Assembly: GCA_964613185.1 (NCBI GenBank)
Contig: CAZTIP010000003.1
Location: 2,987-66,986 of the forward strand
Length of the DNA stretch: 64,000 bases
Reading direction: 5' to 3'
Source of the DNA: Candidatus Woesearchaeota archaeon
GTDB lineage: Archaea > Nanobdellota > Nanobdellia > Pacearchaeales > GW2011-AR1
Positions 56,081 through 64,000 of this stretch are shown here, piece by piece; the first letter of the stretch is position 1, and each line of letters begins with the position of its first letter. The notes under the pieces were generated by a model, which had not been told where the DNA came from, searched no databases, and saw nothing but the letters and a program-made list of their open reading frames with translations. A program made the position numbers and the translations under genes.

Positions 56081-56205
56081 CTTTTTTATATGGTGTCTTT
56101 AGATAAAAAAAATATCAAAAATGCCTTTAAAAACTTTTCGTATTTTGTTATTTTTAAGTAGTTCATGTCAAAATCTCTAAAAAAATATTTAAAGATTTTA
56201 ATAAA

Positions 56206-56280
56206 TGGCCCCGGGGGGATTTGAACCCCCGACACCTGGATTAAAAGTCCAGTGCTCTAACCAGGCTGAGCTACGGAGCC
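56206..56280 (-). tRNA. tRNA-Lys (anticodon TTT)
   Basis: Reverse complement GGCTCCGTAGCTCAGCCTGGTTAGAGCACTGGACTTTTAATCCAGGTGTCGGGGGTTCAAATCCCCCCGGGGCC-A. Confidence 0.85.
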
Positions 56281-56340
56281 ATTTTGTTTGTGAAAGCTTC
56301 GTAGTAAATGCATGGTTTTGAAAGGATTTTAATCATGTAA

Positions 56341-56366
56341 CTAACCAGGCTGAGCTACGGAGCCAT
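56341..56366. repeat. 26-nt exact duplicate of the tRNA-Lys 5' end (tRNA positions 1-24 plus 2 nt upstream), 58 nt from the intact copy
   Basis: ctaaccaggctgagctacggagccat occurs at 56257-56282 and again at 56341-56366. Confidence 0.6.
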
Positions 56367-56416
56367 AAATTAATATTATGTAAGCACTTTAAAAAAGTTT
56401 GTAATTTCAAAAAATT

Positions 56417-58699
56417 TTAATCAAAATAAATCTCAATCAAATCTTGGACATCTGAAGGGCCATAAGCAAATTGACTATTTACATCAAATGCAGGTTTATT
56501 ATATTGGGGTAAATTTAAAATCCAATTTTTTACAGAAATATCTTCTGCATCTGTTAAACTCTGATAACCCCATGTTGAAAAAAATGTGTTTTCACTTGTT
56601 CCAGCACCGCCAAGGCCAAAAATATTATCATCAGATTCTTTCAATTGAGTCATATGAAAGGTAGAATCAGGATAATAAGTATAATATTTAGAATCTGATT
56701 CTCTGGAAAAAAACTTTTGAAATGCCCCTTCACGAATGTTCAAGAAAATATTATTTTTAAAATAAAAACTGGCTCCTCCGCGTTTCATTCCAGCCCTTTT
56801 TCTTTGTCCTCCGCAAGGAGAGGCTGGACTCCACTTCATTTGAACAGGATCATTATCAAATAAAAATTTATTATTATAAACATAAACATTAGCAAATCTT
56901 TGGTCTTGTTCTTCTGGAGTGGTTTGTTTTCCAGGATCATCCGAATCTAAAGAGGTAAATCCGCCTGCAGAATCAATAACGATATTTCCATGAACCCATG
57001 AATGTCCTGGATCATCAATAGTTATTGCACTTCCATCACAGGAATTAATACAATAATTATCTGCGACAACAATTTTCAAAGTTTCTGGAGTAATTTCGTC
57101 TGTTCTAACCTGAAAACAAGTCCATTGAACAGTATCTACCTTATTCAAAACAAATTCTAAATTCTCATCTGCAACATTAAAATAAAATCCATGCTGTTCA
57201 CGAATATTGTGCACATTCAAATTACAAGCAACAAAATTAGTAACTTCATTTCCTTTAACTCCCCATTTTGCCCCATTAGAATTCCAATAACTTCCATCAA
57301 CATTATAAAATCTTCCGTCGAGTTCCATATTTTTCACGACGACATTTCTAACGGCACCGTAAGCACCACCAACAAAAATTAAATCTCGAGGACTAAGTGC
57401 GGTTCCGGGTTCCATAGGTCCTGCGACAAGTTTCAAATTATCCATCCCATCAAAAACTACATTTTCAATCCCATAGATTCTCATCACATCTCCCCCATTC
57501 CAAATTCCATTCCCAATTTCCATTGGGGCCATAAAATAAATATGTACAGGATTCCCATCATCAAAAATTCTATTACCGACATCTAGAAAGGTTAATTCAC
57601 CACCTTGGAGCCCATAAACTAAAATCGTATCTCCACTATTTGCAGAAGAGAATGCATTTTTCAGAGAAAGAGTATCAGGATTATTTCCCCCAACATTAAT
57701 TACAGTATTAGGGTCAATCAAACTAATATTTCTTCTCCAAGTCCAAGAATCTTGTAAAAGCGAAGAATAGCTTCCCCAACCAGCAGGTTTATTCACATTT
57801 CCAGTAAAATAATTAGTACAAATATCCTCACTATTTTGGGAAGTTCCGCTACTTTCGTCATCATCATAAAGATCAATACAATCAGGATCTGCCAAGTCAA
57901 TTAAATTATCTCCATCATTATCTTCAAGGTCACTACATTGAAAAACTCCACAATCCTCTGGACAATTCAAGGGATTTTCTCCCAAATCACAAAAATTATC
58001 TGTGCAAAAACTTTCCCCGTTAGTTTCTTCATTATCATCAAAATAATCAAAGCATCCAGAATCATTAGAATAATCTGTCAAATTATCCCCATCATTATCT
58101 AATCCATCATAACATTCAAATAAACCAAACTCTGTTTCCACGTCGTCAAATCCATCAATACATGCAGTATCATTTGGAAAATCAATCAATCCGTCAGCAT
58201 CATTATCTAATCCATCACTACATCTAAAAATTCCGCAATCTACTGAACAGTTGAATGGATCTTCGCCAGAATCACAAGTTCCATCTCCGCAAGAAGAACC
58301 ACTGCCAGAAGAACCACCAGAAGAACCTCCTGAAGAACCACCAGAAGAACCTCCTCCGCCGCCAGAACTTGTAGATTCCAAGTTATCATTTCCATCAACA
58401 CAACCACTATCCAAATTATCTACATCACCATCACCGTCGTTATCAACACCATCATTACATTGAGTCACACAATCCGAAGGGCAACTAATTCCATCCTCCC
58501 CAGCATTATCGTCACAATAGGTATTCCCACAAAGAGAATTATCATCCTCGTCAGAAGAACTTGAAGAAGAACTATCCAATAAATCTGGAACACCAACATC
58601 ATCAATGTTCCCCAAAACATTCTCATAATCCCAAAAAATAAAAAACGAAAACAACGCTATCAAAAACAAATAAACAACTAACATCACCTTCCTTTTCAT
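56417..58699 (-). CDS. Large secreted protein: signal anchor, Ser/Gly linker, >6 Cys-bracketed Asp-rich repeats (C-x-DG-x-DNDGDG-x-D...C, putative Ca2+-binding, TSP3-like), then a C-terminal right-handed beta-helix domain
   Basis: Repeats such as CSDGLDNDADGLIDFPNDTAC, CYDGLDNDGDNLTDYSNDSGC, CSDLEDNDGDNLIDLADPDC. PbH1-like repeats (NVVVKNMELDG..., VVADNYCINSCDGSAITID...). Confidence 0.5.
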   Translation of the reverse strand: MKRKVMLVVYLFLIALFSFFIFWDYENVLGNIDDVGVPDLLDSSSSSSSDEDDNSLCGNTYCDDNAGEDGISCPSDCVTQCNDGVDNDGDGDVDNLDSGCVDGNDNLESTSSGGGGGSSGGSSGGSSGGSSGSGSSCGDGTCDSGEDPFNCSVDCGIFRCSDGLDNDADGLIDFPNDTACIDGFDDVETEFGLFECYDGLDNDGDNLTDYSNDSGCFDYFDDNEETNGESFCTDNFCDLGENPLNCPEDCGVFQCSDLEDNDGDNLIDLADPDCIDLYDDDESSGTSQNSEDICTNYFTGNVNKPAGWGSYSSLLQDSWTWRRNISLIDPNTVINVGGNNPDTLSLKNAFSSANSGDTILVYGLQGGELTFLDVGNRIFDDGNPVHIYFMAPMEIGNGIWNGGDVMRIYGIENVVFDGMDNLKLVAGPMEPGTALSPRDLIFVGGAYGAVRNVVVKNMELDGRFYNVDGSYWNSNGAKWGVKGNEVTNFVACNLNVHNIREQHGFYFNVADENLEFVLNKVDTVQWTCFQVRTDEITPETLKIVVADNYCINSCDGSAITIDDPGHSWVHGNIVIDSAGGFTSLDSDDPGKQTTPEEQDQRFANVYVYNNKFLFDNDPVQMKWSPASPCGGQRKRAGMKRGGASFYFKNNIFLNIREGAFQKFFSRESDSKYYTYYPDSTFHMTQLKESDDNIFGLGGAGTSENTFFSTWGYQSLTDAEDISVKNWILNLPQYNKPAFDVNSQFAYGPSDVQDLIEIYFD

Positions 58700-58782
58700 A
58701 GTAAATAAAAAATTAAGACGTATTTAAAGATTATTAAAAACCAAAGGAATTATATAAGATATAAGCTATCTAAGAAAGATCA

Positions 58783-59595
58783 ATGGAAATAATAAAAGCT
58801 ACAGGTGAAAAAACAAATTTTGAAAAAGTCAAAATTGAAAAAAGTGTTCTCAAAGCAGGTGCATCAAAAATCCTCGCAAAAAATATCGCTAAAAGAGTAG
58901 AATCTCAAATTCAAAAAGGAAGTTCTACAGAAAAAATCCTAAATACTACTCTAAAATATCTTGATAAAAAACCAGAAATCGCGGCAAGATATGATTTGAA
59001 AAGGGCGATAATGTCTTTGGGTCCCAGCGGGTTCCCATTTGAAGAATTTCTTTCACAAGTTCTAGAAAATTATGGATACAAGACTCAAACTGGAAAAAAC
59101 ATAAAAGGAAGAATGATTTCGCAAGAAATAGACATAATTGCGGAGAAAAAATTAAAACATATGATTGAAGCAAAATATCATAATTCTAGGGGTATTCATA
59201 CAGATACCAAAGTTGCAATGTACACCTACGCAAGATTCTTAGATATAAACTCTAATCCAAAAGAAAATTTTGAAAATGCATGGTTAGTAACAAACACCAA
59301 ATGCACTTCAAACGCAACAAAATATTCTCAAGGAGTTAATCTAAAAATCATTGGATGGGGCTATCCGAAAAAAGGAAATCTTCAAGAACTCATTGAAAAA
59401 AAAGGTTTATATCCCATTACAATTATCCCCGGAATGTCAAAAAAAGTAAAAGAAAAATTATTCAGCACTAAAATAATATTAGCGAAAGATTTAGCAAATC
59501 ATAAAATAGAAGACTTAGTAGAAAAAACAAACTTAAACAAAGCCACTCTTGAAAAAATTCTTGAAAAAGCAAAAGCTATTTGTTCAAATAAATAA
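58783..59595 (+). CDS. ATP-cone domain fused to an Mrr-like PD-(D/E)xK restriction-endonuclease-fold domain, plus a C-terminal HhH
   Basis: ATP-cone: IIKATGEKTNFEKVKIEKSVLKAGAS...STEKILNTTLKYL. Nuclease core: QEIDIIAEKK...IEAKYH (D...E.K). HhH: ITIIPGMSKKVKEKL. Confidence 0.5.
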   Translation: MEIIKATGEKTNFEKVKIEKSVLKAGASKILAKNIAKRVESQIQKGSSTEKILNTTLKYLDKKPEIAARYDLKRAIMSLGPSGFPFEEFLSQVLENYGYKTQTGKNIKGRMISQEIDIIAEKKLKHMIEAKYHNSRGIHTDTKVAMYTYARFLDINSNPKENFENAWLVTNTKCTSNATKYSQGVNLKIIGWGYPKKGNLQELIEKKGLYPITIIPGMSKKVKEKLFSTKIILAKDLANHKIEDLVEKTNLNKATLEKILEKAKAICSNK

Positions 59596-59644
59596 TCAAA
59601 TTGAAAATACAAAAAACTTTTAACCACTCCGAACAATAAATTCT

Positions 59645-61357
59645 ATGGAAAAAATAAGGCAACCAATTGTGACAGTTGCAGGTCATGTAGATCACGGAAA
59701 AACAAGCATTTTAGACAAAGTTAGAGGAACAACTATCCAAGAAAAAGAAGAAGGAGGGATAACTCAAAAAATTTCATTCACAACAGTTCCAAAAGAAAAT
59801 ATTCAAAAAAGGGCAGATGAAGTTTTAAAAAAATTCAAAATTCCGGTAGAAATTCCGGGATTACTTTTCATAGACACTCCAGGACATGCAGCATTTACAA
59901 ACTTAAGAAAGAGGGGAGGATCATTAGCAGATATTGCAATTTTAGTTATTGATATAAACGACGGATTAAAACCCCAAACAGTAGAAGTGCTTCAAATAAT
60001 AAAAGCAAATAAAACTCCATTCATAATTGCATTAAATAAAATTGATAATATTTCAGGGTGGAAAGAAGGCGAACAAATAGAAAACCAGGCAATAAATGTA
60101 AGGCAAAATTTCGAAGAAAAATTTTACACAATTATCGGAGCACTTCATTCGCACGGATTTAATGCAGAAATGTATTCTAAAATAAAAGATTTTACAAAAA
60201 ATATCGCGTTAATTCCCTGTTCTGCAAAAACAGGAGAAGGAATTCCAGAAATTCTTGCAATGTTAACCGCACTTTCTCAAAAATTTCTAAAAGAAAGAAT
60301 TGAAATTAAAGAACAAGGAAAAGGAGTAATCTTAGAAATAAAAAAAGATAAGCAAGCAAATTATTTGGAATGTATCCTTTATGATGGAGAACTTTCATTA
60401 AAAGATGAAATTGCAATTGCTTCCTTTGAAAATTCAATCGTTACAAAAATTAGAGTTTTACAAGAATCTCAACCGCTCGGAAAAGGATTAAAAGTAGTAG
60501 AAAGGGCAAGGGCGGCAACAGGACTTAAATTGCAAATTATTTCAAAGGAAGACATATTACCTGGAATGCCATTTCAAGTAATAAATAATAATTTAGAAGA
60601 GATAGAAAAAGAATTTTCAGAGGAACTTTCTGAAGAAGTAAAAACCGATGAAACAGGAATTGTAGTAAAGGCAGATTCGCTTGGAAGTTTAGAAGCCCTT
60701 CTAGTTTTATTGAAGCAACAACAAATTAATGTAATAAAAGCAGGGATTGGGCCAATAACAAAAAAAGATATTTATTCAACAAATGCACTTCCAGCGGAAG
60801 ACAAAATACTTTTAGGATTCAATGTGAATTTAGCAGAAGATGCAGAAGTTGAAGAATTAAAAAATATAAAACTTTTAACAAACCCTGTAGTTTACAAATT
60901 AATTGAAAATTTTGAAAAGTTTAAATTAGAACAATCAAAAGAAATTGAAAAAAAGAAACTTTCAGAATTACCAAAAATAGCAAAAATAACAATTTTAGAT
61001 TTCGTTTTCAGAAATTCGAATCCGGCAGTTTTTGGAGTAGAAATAATCGGAGGGATATTAAAAAAGGGAGAGCGATTCATAAATAGAGACGATATAAAAA
61101 TCGGACAAATAAAGGAAATTCAAGAAGATAAAAATAATGTTCAAGAAGTAATAAAGGGGAAGGAAGTTGCGATTTCAGTTCCAGGAATAAATTTTGAGCG
61201 ACAATTAACTGTAGGAGAATCCCTCTATACAAACCTTTCAGAAACAGAATTTAGAAAATTTAAGGAACATAAAGAACTTTTAACTTCTGAAGAAAAAACA
61301 ATTCTTCAAGAAATAGCAAGTATAAAGAGAAAATCAAACGGAACCTGGGGAATTTAA
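59645..61357 (+). CDS. infB: Translation initiation factor aIF5B (IF-2 homolog)
   Basis: PIVTVAGHVDHGKTSILD, DTPGHAAF, NKID. 570 aa. Confidence 0.9.
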   Translation: MEKIRQPIVTVAGHVDHGKTSILDKVRGTTIQEKEEGGITQKISFTTVPKENIQKRADEVLKKFKIPVEIPGLLFIDTPGHAAFTNLRKRGGSLADIAILVIDINDGLKPQTVEVLQIIKANKTPFIIALNKIDNISGWKEGEQIENQAINVRQNFEEKFYTIIGALHSHGFNAEMYSKIKDFTKNIALIPCSAKTGEGIPEILAMLTALSQKFLKERIEIKEQGKGVILEIKKDKQANYLECILYDGELSLKDEIAIASFENSIVTKIRVLQESQPLGKGLKVVERARAATGLKLQIISKEDILPGMPFQVINNNLEEIEKEFSEELSEEVKTDETGIVVKADSLGSLEALLVLLKQQQINVIKAGIGPITKKDIYSTNALPAEDKILLGFNVNLAEDAEVEELKNIKLLTNPVVYKLIENFEKFKLEQSKEIEKKKLSELPKIAKITILDFVFRNSNPAVFGVEIIGGILKKGERFINRDDIKIGQIKEIQEDKNNVQEVIKGKEVAISVPGINFERQLTVGESLYTNLSETEFRKFKEHKELLTSEEKTILQEIASIKRKSNGTWGI

Positions 61358-61369
61358 AATATTTCAATT

Positions 61370-62410
61370 TTATTGATTAGAATATTTTTCTACCTCATTA
61401 TTCAAAACTTCTAATTCGACACCTGCAATCTCAAACATTTTAGGTGTTTTTCCGCCAGCATGATATTTTTTTTCACAAATAACTCGTTTAATTCCAGAAT
61501 TAATAATCATCCCTGCACATGCAGAACAGGGTAGCATTTTACAATATAATGTTGCACCATTTATTGAAATTCCTAACTTTGCTGCCTGGCAAATTGCGTT
61601 TTGTTCAGCATGTGTCGTCCGAACACAATGTTGTCTTTTTATTCCATCAGAATGTTTCCATTCTTCCATTAAATGTCCTTCTTCATCACAATGAGGTAAT
61701 TTTTTTGGAGAGCCAACATAACCTGTAACCAAAATTTGTCCATCTTTTGCAATCACTGCCCCGCTTCTCCCCCTATCACAAGTTCCACGCATAGCAACCA
61801 TTCGAGAAATATTAATAAAATATTCATCCCATTCCGGTCGAACATATTTTTTATCAGCAAGCTCAAAGTTTTCAAGAACTTTCATAACTTTTATTTTCAA
61901 GTCTTCCACAGTCCAATCATTTTTAAATAAATGGTCTGCAAGTTCAATACATTTTCCAAGATTTTGTTTAGAAGAATCCAAGTTTAACATTTCATCTTTT
62001 TCTTGTCTTAAAAATTCTTCAAAAGAAACCTTATCGCTTTCTTCTCCACGTTCAACAATTCGAGAATATCTAGTTTCAGGGTCTGCATCAACAGCCAAAA
62101 GAACAAAATTTTCCTTTTTTTTGAGGGCCTCAATTTCCCCAATGGTCCGAATACTCTCAATAACTATATTTCCACTCATTGCATTTGCCCGACGATACAA
62201 ATCTTCAATAATATAACTTGAATTATTTTTTTCTCTCAAATCATTAGCAACAAAAATCATACTATTTCTATCAACTTCCATGCCCCTTTTTTCAATTTCT
62301 TCAATTAAATAATCTCTTACAGAATAATGTTTAAATCCTTTTTCTAATAAAAATTTTACTATAGTTCCCTTCCCTGCACCATTAGTTCCAGTAATTCCAA
62401 TAATCATCAA
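61370..62410 (-). CDS. Bifunctional P-loop NMP-kinase-like domain fused to dCMP deaminase
   Basis: N-terminus GITGTNGAGKGT (GxxGxGKGT as in NMP kinases). C-terminus HAEQNAI ... LYCKMLPCSACAGMI (CDA-fold zinc ligands H-A-E / PC-x2-C). Confidence 0.6.
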   Translation of the reverse strand: MMIIGITGTNGAGKGTIVKFLLEKGFKHYSVRDYLIEEIEKRGMEVDRNSMIFVANDLREKNNSSYIIEDLYRRANAMSGNIVIESIRTIGEIEALKKKENFVLLAVDADPETRYSRIVERGEESDKVSFEEFLRQEKDEMLNLDSSKQNLGKCIELADHLFKNDWTVEDLKIKVMKVLENFELADKKYVRPEWDEYFINISRMVAMRGTCDRGRSGAVIAKDGQILVTGYVGSPKKLPHCDEEGHLMEEWKHSDGIKRQHCVRTTHAEQNAICQAAKLGISINGATLYCKMLPCSACAGMIINSGIKRVICEKKYHAGGKTPKMFEIAGVELEVLNNEVEKYSNQ

Positions 62411-62447
62411 GAAATAATTTCATCTTTACTTAAATAAATTATTGTAA

Positions 62448-62888
62448 TCAAATGTTACTTCCACCAGTACTTCCAAAACCATCTTCTCCTCGAGAAGTTT
62501 CGCTCAAATCATCGACAATTTCAATTTCAGCAAACTCGACAGGCTGGATTAAAACTTGAGCAATTTTATCACCTGCACGAATTTCAAAATCATCTAATGA
62601 AGTATTATGTAGAATTATCTTATATTCTCCACGATAATGTGCATCTATTACACCTCCAAGAATTGAAATTCCTTTTTTAGAAGCAAGTCCACTTTTTCCC
62701 CACGCAAGAGCGACATATCCTTGAGGGATTTCCATTGAAATTCCTGTGGAAAACATTTTCATCATCCCAGGACCTAAAACAAAGTTTTCAGTTGAACAAA
62801 AATCCAATCCTGCATCTCCTAAATGCCCATAAGAAGGCAAAATAGCATCTTCAATTAATTTTTTAATTTTAACTTTCACCATATTCAA
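62448..62888 (-). CDS. dut: dUTP diphosphatase
   Basis: GDAGLDF, AWGKSGLASKKG, IDAHYRGEYKIIL, AGDKIAQVL, the dUTPase motifs I-IV. Confidence 0.85.
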   Translation of the reverse strand: MNMVKVKIKKLIEDAILPSYGHLGDAGLDFCSTENFVLGPGMMKMFSTGISMEIPQGYVALAWGKSGLASKKGISILGGVIDAHYRGEYKIILHNTSLDDFEIRAGDKIAQVLIQPVEFAEIEIVDDLSETSRGEDGFGSTGGSNI

Positions 62889-62924
62889 ATTTTCAAAGAA
62901 ATAACATATATTAATTTATCCATC

Positions 62925-64000
62925 TTAACACTTCGACATACCACAACTGCAACAAGTACTACAACCACCTTCCATCTTCATATTCCCCCCACAACTATTA
63001 CAAAAATTTCCTGAAAAAATGGGACCTTTTTTTCCTCCAGTTTCTTCATCAGTTTCTTTTCCCTCAAGAACACTATGAAGTTTTTTTGTCTTCTCCATAG
63101 ATTGAATCATTCCACGAGCAATTGCCTCCGGGACAGACCTAACTTTTTCAGGACCAAGACCAACCTGGCCAGAACCTCCAATTCCTTCGAGTTGTTCAAA
63201 AATCTTTTCATGAGGAATTCCGGCCTTAAATGCAAGAGAAGTAACTCTTCCAAAACCTTCAACCATTGCAGTCAAATCCCCTCCACTTTTCCCCAAATTA
63301 AGAATACTTTCATAAGGGCCAATTAAATCTCCCTCAGAATTATATTCCATTCCAGTTTTAGCAAATAAATTAAGGCCATGAGGTGTGGCGATTTTTTCAG
63401 TAGAACCAATCACAAAATCAGGACGAGGTCTTTCAATTCTTCGTAAAAGTGCATTCTGAAATTCAGCATCAGAAATTTCATTTTCCCCAATTTCTTCAAT
63501 AGAACTTTCAGTTCTCATCACTCCCTCTCTTGAACCCTCTCGATAAACAGTTACCCCTTTCAATCCTTCTTCTCTAGCCTTTAAATAAATTTTATCAACA
63601 ATCTCTAAAGGGATATCTCTAGGGAGATTTATTGTAGAGCTAATTGAAGTATCTATATACTTTTGAACAACTCCTTGCATTCTAACTCTAAATTCTGGAT
63701 CAATTTCGTGGGCTTCAACAACATAATCAGGTAACTTATCAACTCCACCAAAAAGTTCTTCCAAAAGCGGATAAACTACCTTGAATGTTTCAATTTCATC
63801 ACCTTTATTTGTTTTAACATCTCTCTCATAAGATATTGCAAACATTGGTTCGATTCCCCCAGAACCTTCCGCAACAATCGCGCCACTACCGACTGGCGCA
63901 ACAGTACTTATAGTTCCATTTCTCAATCCTTCATTTTTAATCCTTTTCTGAAGTTCTTCAGGAAGATTTTGGATAAATTTACTTTTCTTCAAACCTTCCC
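62925..64000 (-). CDS. Ribonucleotide reductase large subunit, C-terminal part (likely B12-dependent class II type with C-terminal Cys-rich Zn ribbon). Partial: the N-terminus lies beyond the window end.
   Basis: NGTISTVAPVGSGAIVAEGSGGIEPMFA, SISSTINLP, KGVTVYREGSREGV. C-terminal CNSCGGNMKMEGGCSTCCSCGMSKC. The frame is open to position 64000 (the ORF track starts it at an internal TTG). Confidence 0.65.
   Translation of the reverse strand, partial: EGLKKSKFIQNLPEELQKRIKNEGLRNGTISTVAPVGSGAIVAEGSGGIEPMFAISYERDVKTNKGDEIETFKVVYPLLEELFGGVDKLPDYVVEAHEIDPEFRVRMQGVVQKYIDTSISSTINLPRDIPLEIVDKIYLKAREEGLKGVTVYREGSREGVMRTESSIEEIGENEISDAEFQNALLRRIERPRPDFVIGSTEKIATPHGLNLFAKTGMEYNSEGDLIGPYESILNLGKSGGDLTAMVEGFGRVTSLAFKAGIPHEKIFEQLEGIGGSGQVGLGPEKVRSVPEAIARGMIQSMEKTKKLHSVLEGKETDEETGGKKGPIFSGNFCNSCGGNMKMEGGCSTCCSCGMSKC

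Noticed and set aside
56257-56366. Interpreting the duplicated tRNA-Lys 5' segment as a functional split-tRNA half
   Set aside because: The breakpoint is after nucleotide 24 (the D-arm), not the canonical 37/38 position. There is no flanking complementary leader, and an intact tRNA-Lys is adjacent. It is treated as a scar.
57191-59173. ORFs 57191..57382, 58251..58463 (+) and 58946..59173 (-)
   Set aside because: They are antisense to the large secreted protein gene and to the ATP-cone gene. The 58251 ORF is a PEEP repeat artefact of the antisense (SSGG)n linker.
60892-63326. ORFs 60892..61080, 61519..61728, 61736..61930, 63075..63326
   Set aside because: Antisense to infB, the deaminase fusion and the RNR.
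1-64000. Genome-wide UGA recoding, CRISPR arrays, integrases and transposases
   Set aside because: TGA demonstrably terminates several well-defined genes (for example the OFOR alpha ATGA overlap). No repeat-spacer arrays or recombinase/transposase motifs were found on either strand.

Overview
This is an AT-rich (~30% GC), lysine-rich archaeal chromosome segment. Its reduced proteins, the intron-containing tRNA and the leaderless-looking promoters are consistent with a small-genome DPANN-like archaeon, although the lineage cannot be proven from sequence alone. The backbone is a textbook archaeal information-processing region: the complete rpoH-rpoB-rpoA-L30e-nusA-S12-S7-EF2-EF1a operon, aIF5B, IleRS, ArgRS, ABCE1, DnaG, RNase HII, Tag, Xth, TatD and diphthine synthase. 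There are five tRNAs (Ser, Thr with intron, Leu, Met, Lys) and an SRP (7S) RNA that sits divergently to tRNA-Ser. Accessory content includes: (i) a type-IV-pilus-like locus (positions 1-6045) with five class-III-signal pilin paralogs, a FlaI/PilB ATPase and a FlaJ/TadC-like platform protein; (ii) a copper island with the CopA P-type ATPase, DUF302, DUF411, Cys/His-rich proteins, and two neighbouring proteins that both end in the tail GMVGGC; (iii) a cupredoxin with a COX2-type CuA motif translationally coupled to a copper nitrite reductase (NirK); (iv) two paralogous membrane-anchored winged-helix regulators; (v) a hinge-less SMC-headed ATPase with a central CxxC zinc hook; (vi) a pyruvate/acetate node (OFOR alpha/beta plus AMP-forming ACS); (vii) a dNTP module (class II-like RNR C-terminus, dUTPase, a kinase-dCMP deaminase fusion, and an ATP-cone-Mrr nuclease). 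Further oddities: the RpoA' and A'' subunits are fused in one ORF; a 26-nt duplicate of the 5' end of tRNA-Lys; two tandem ultra-acidic micro-ORFs with a canonical TATA and SD; an array of three UUCG hairpins; and a giant secreted protein built from Cys/Asp repeats plus a beta-helix. No CRISPR array, integrase or transposase was seen.
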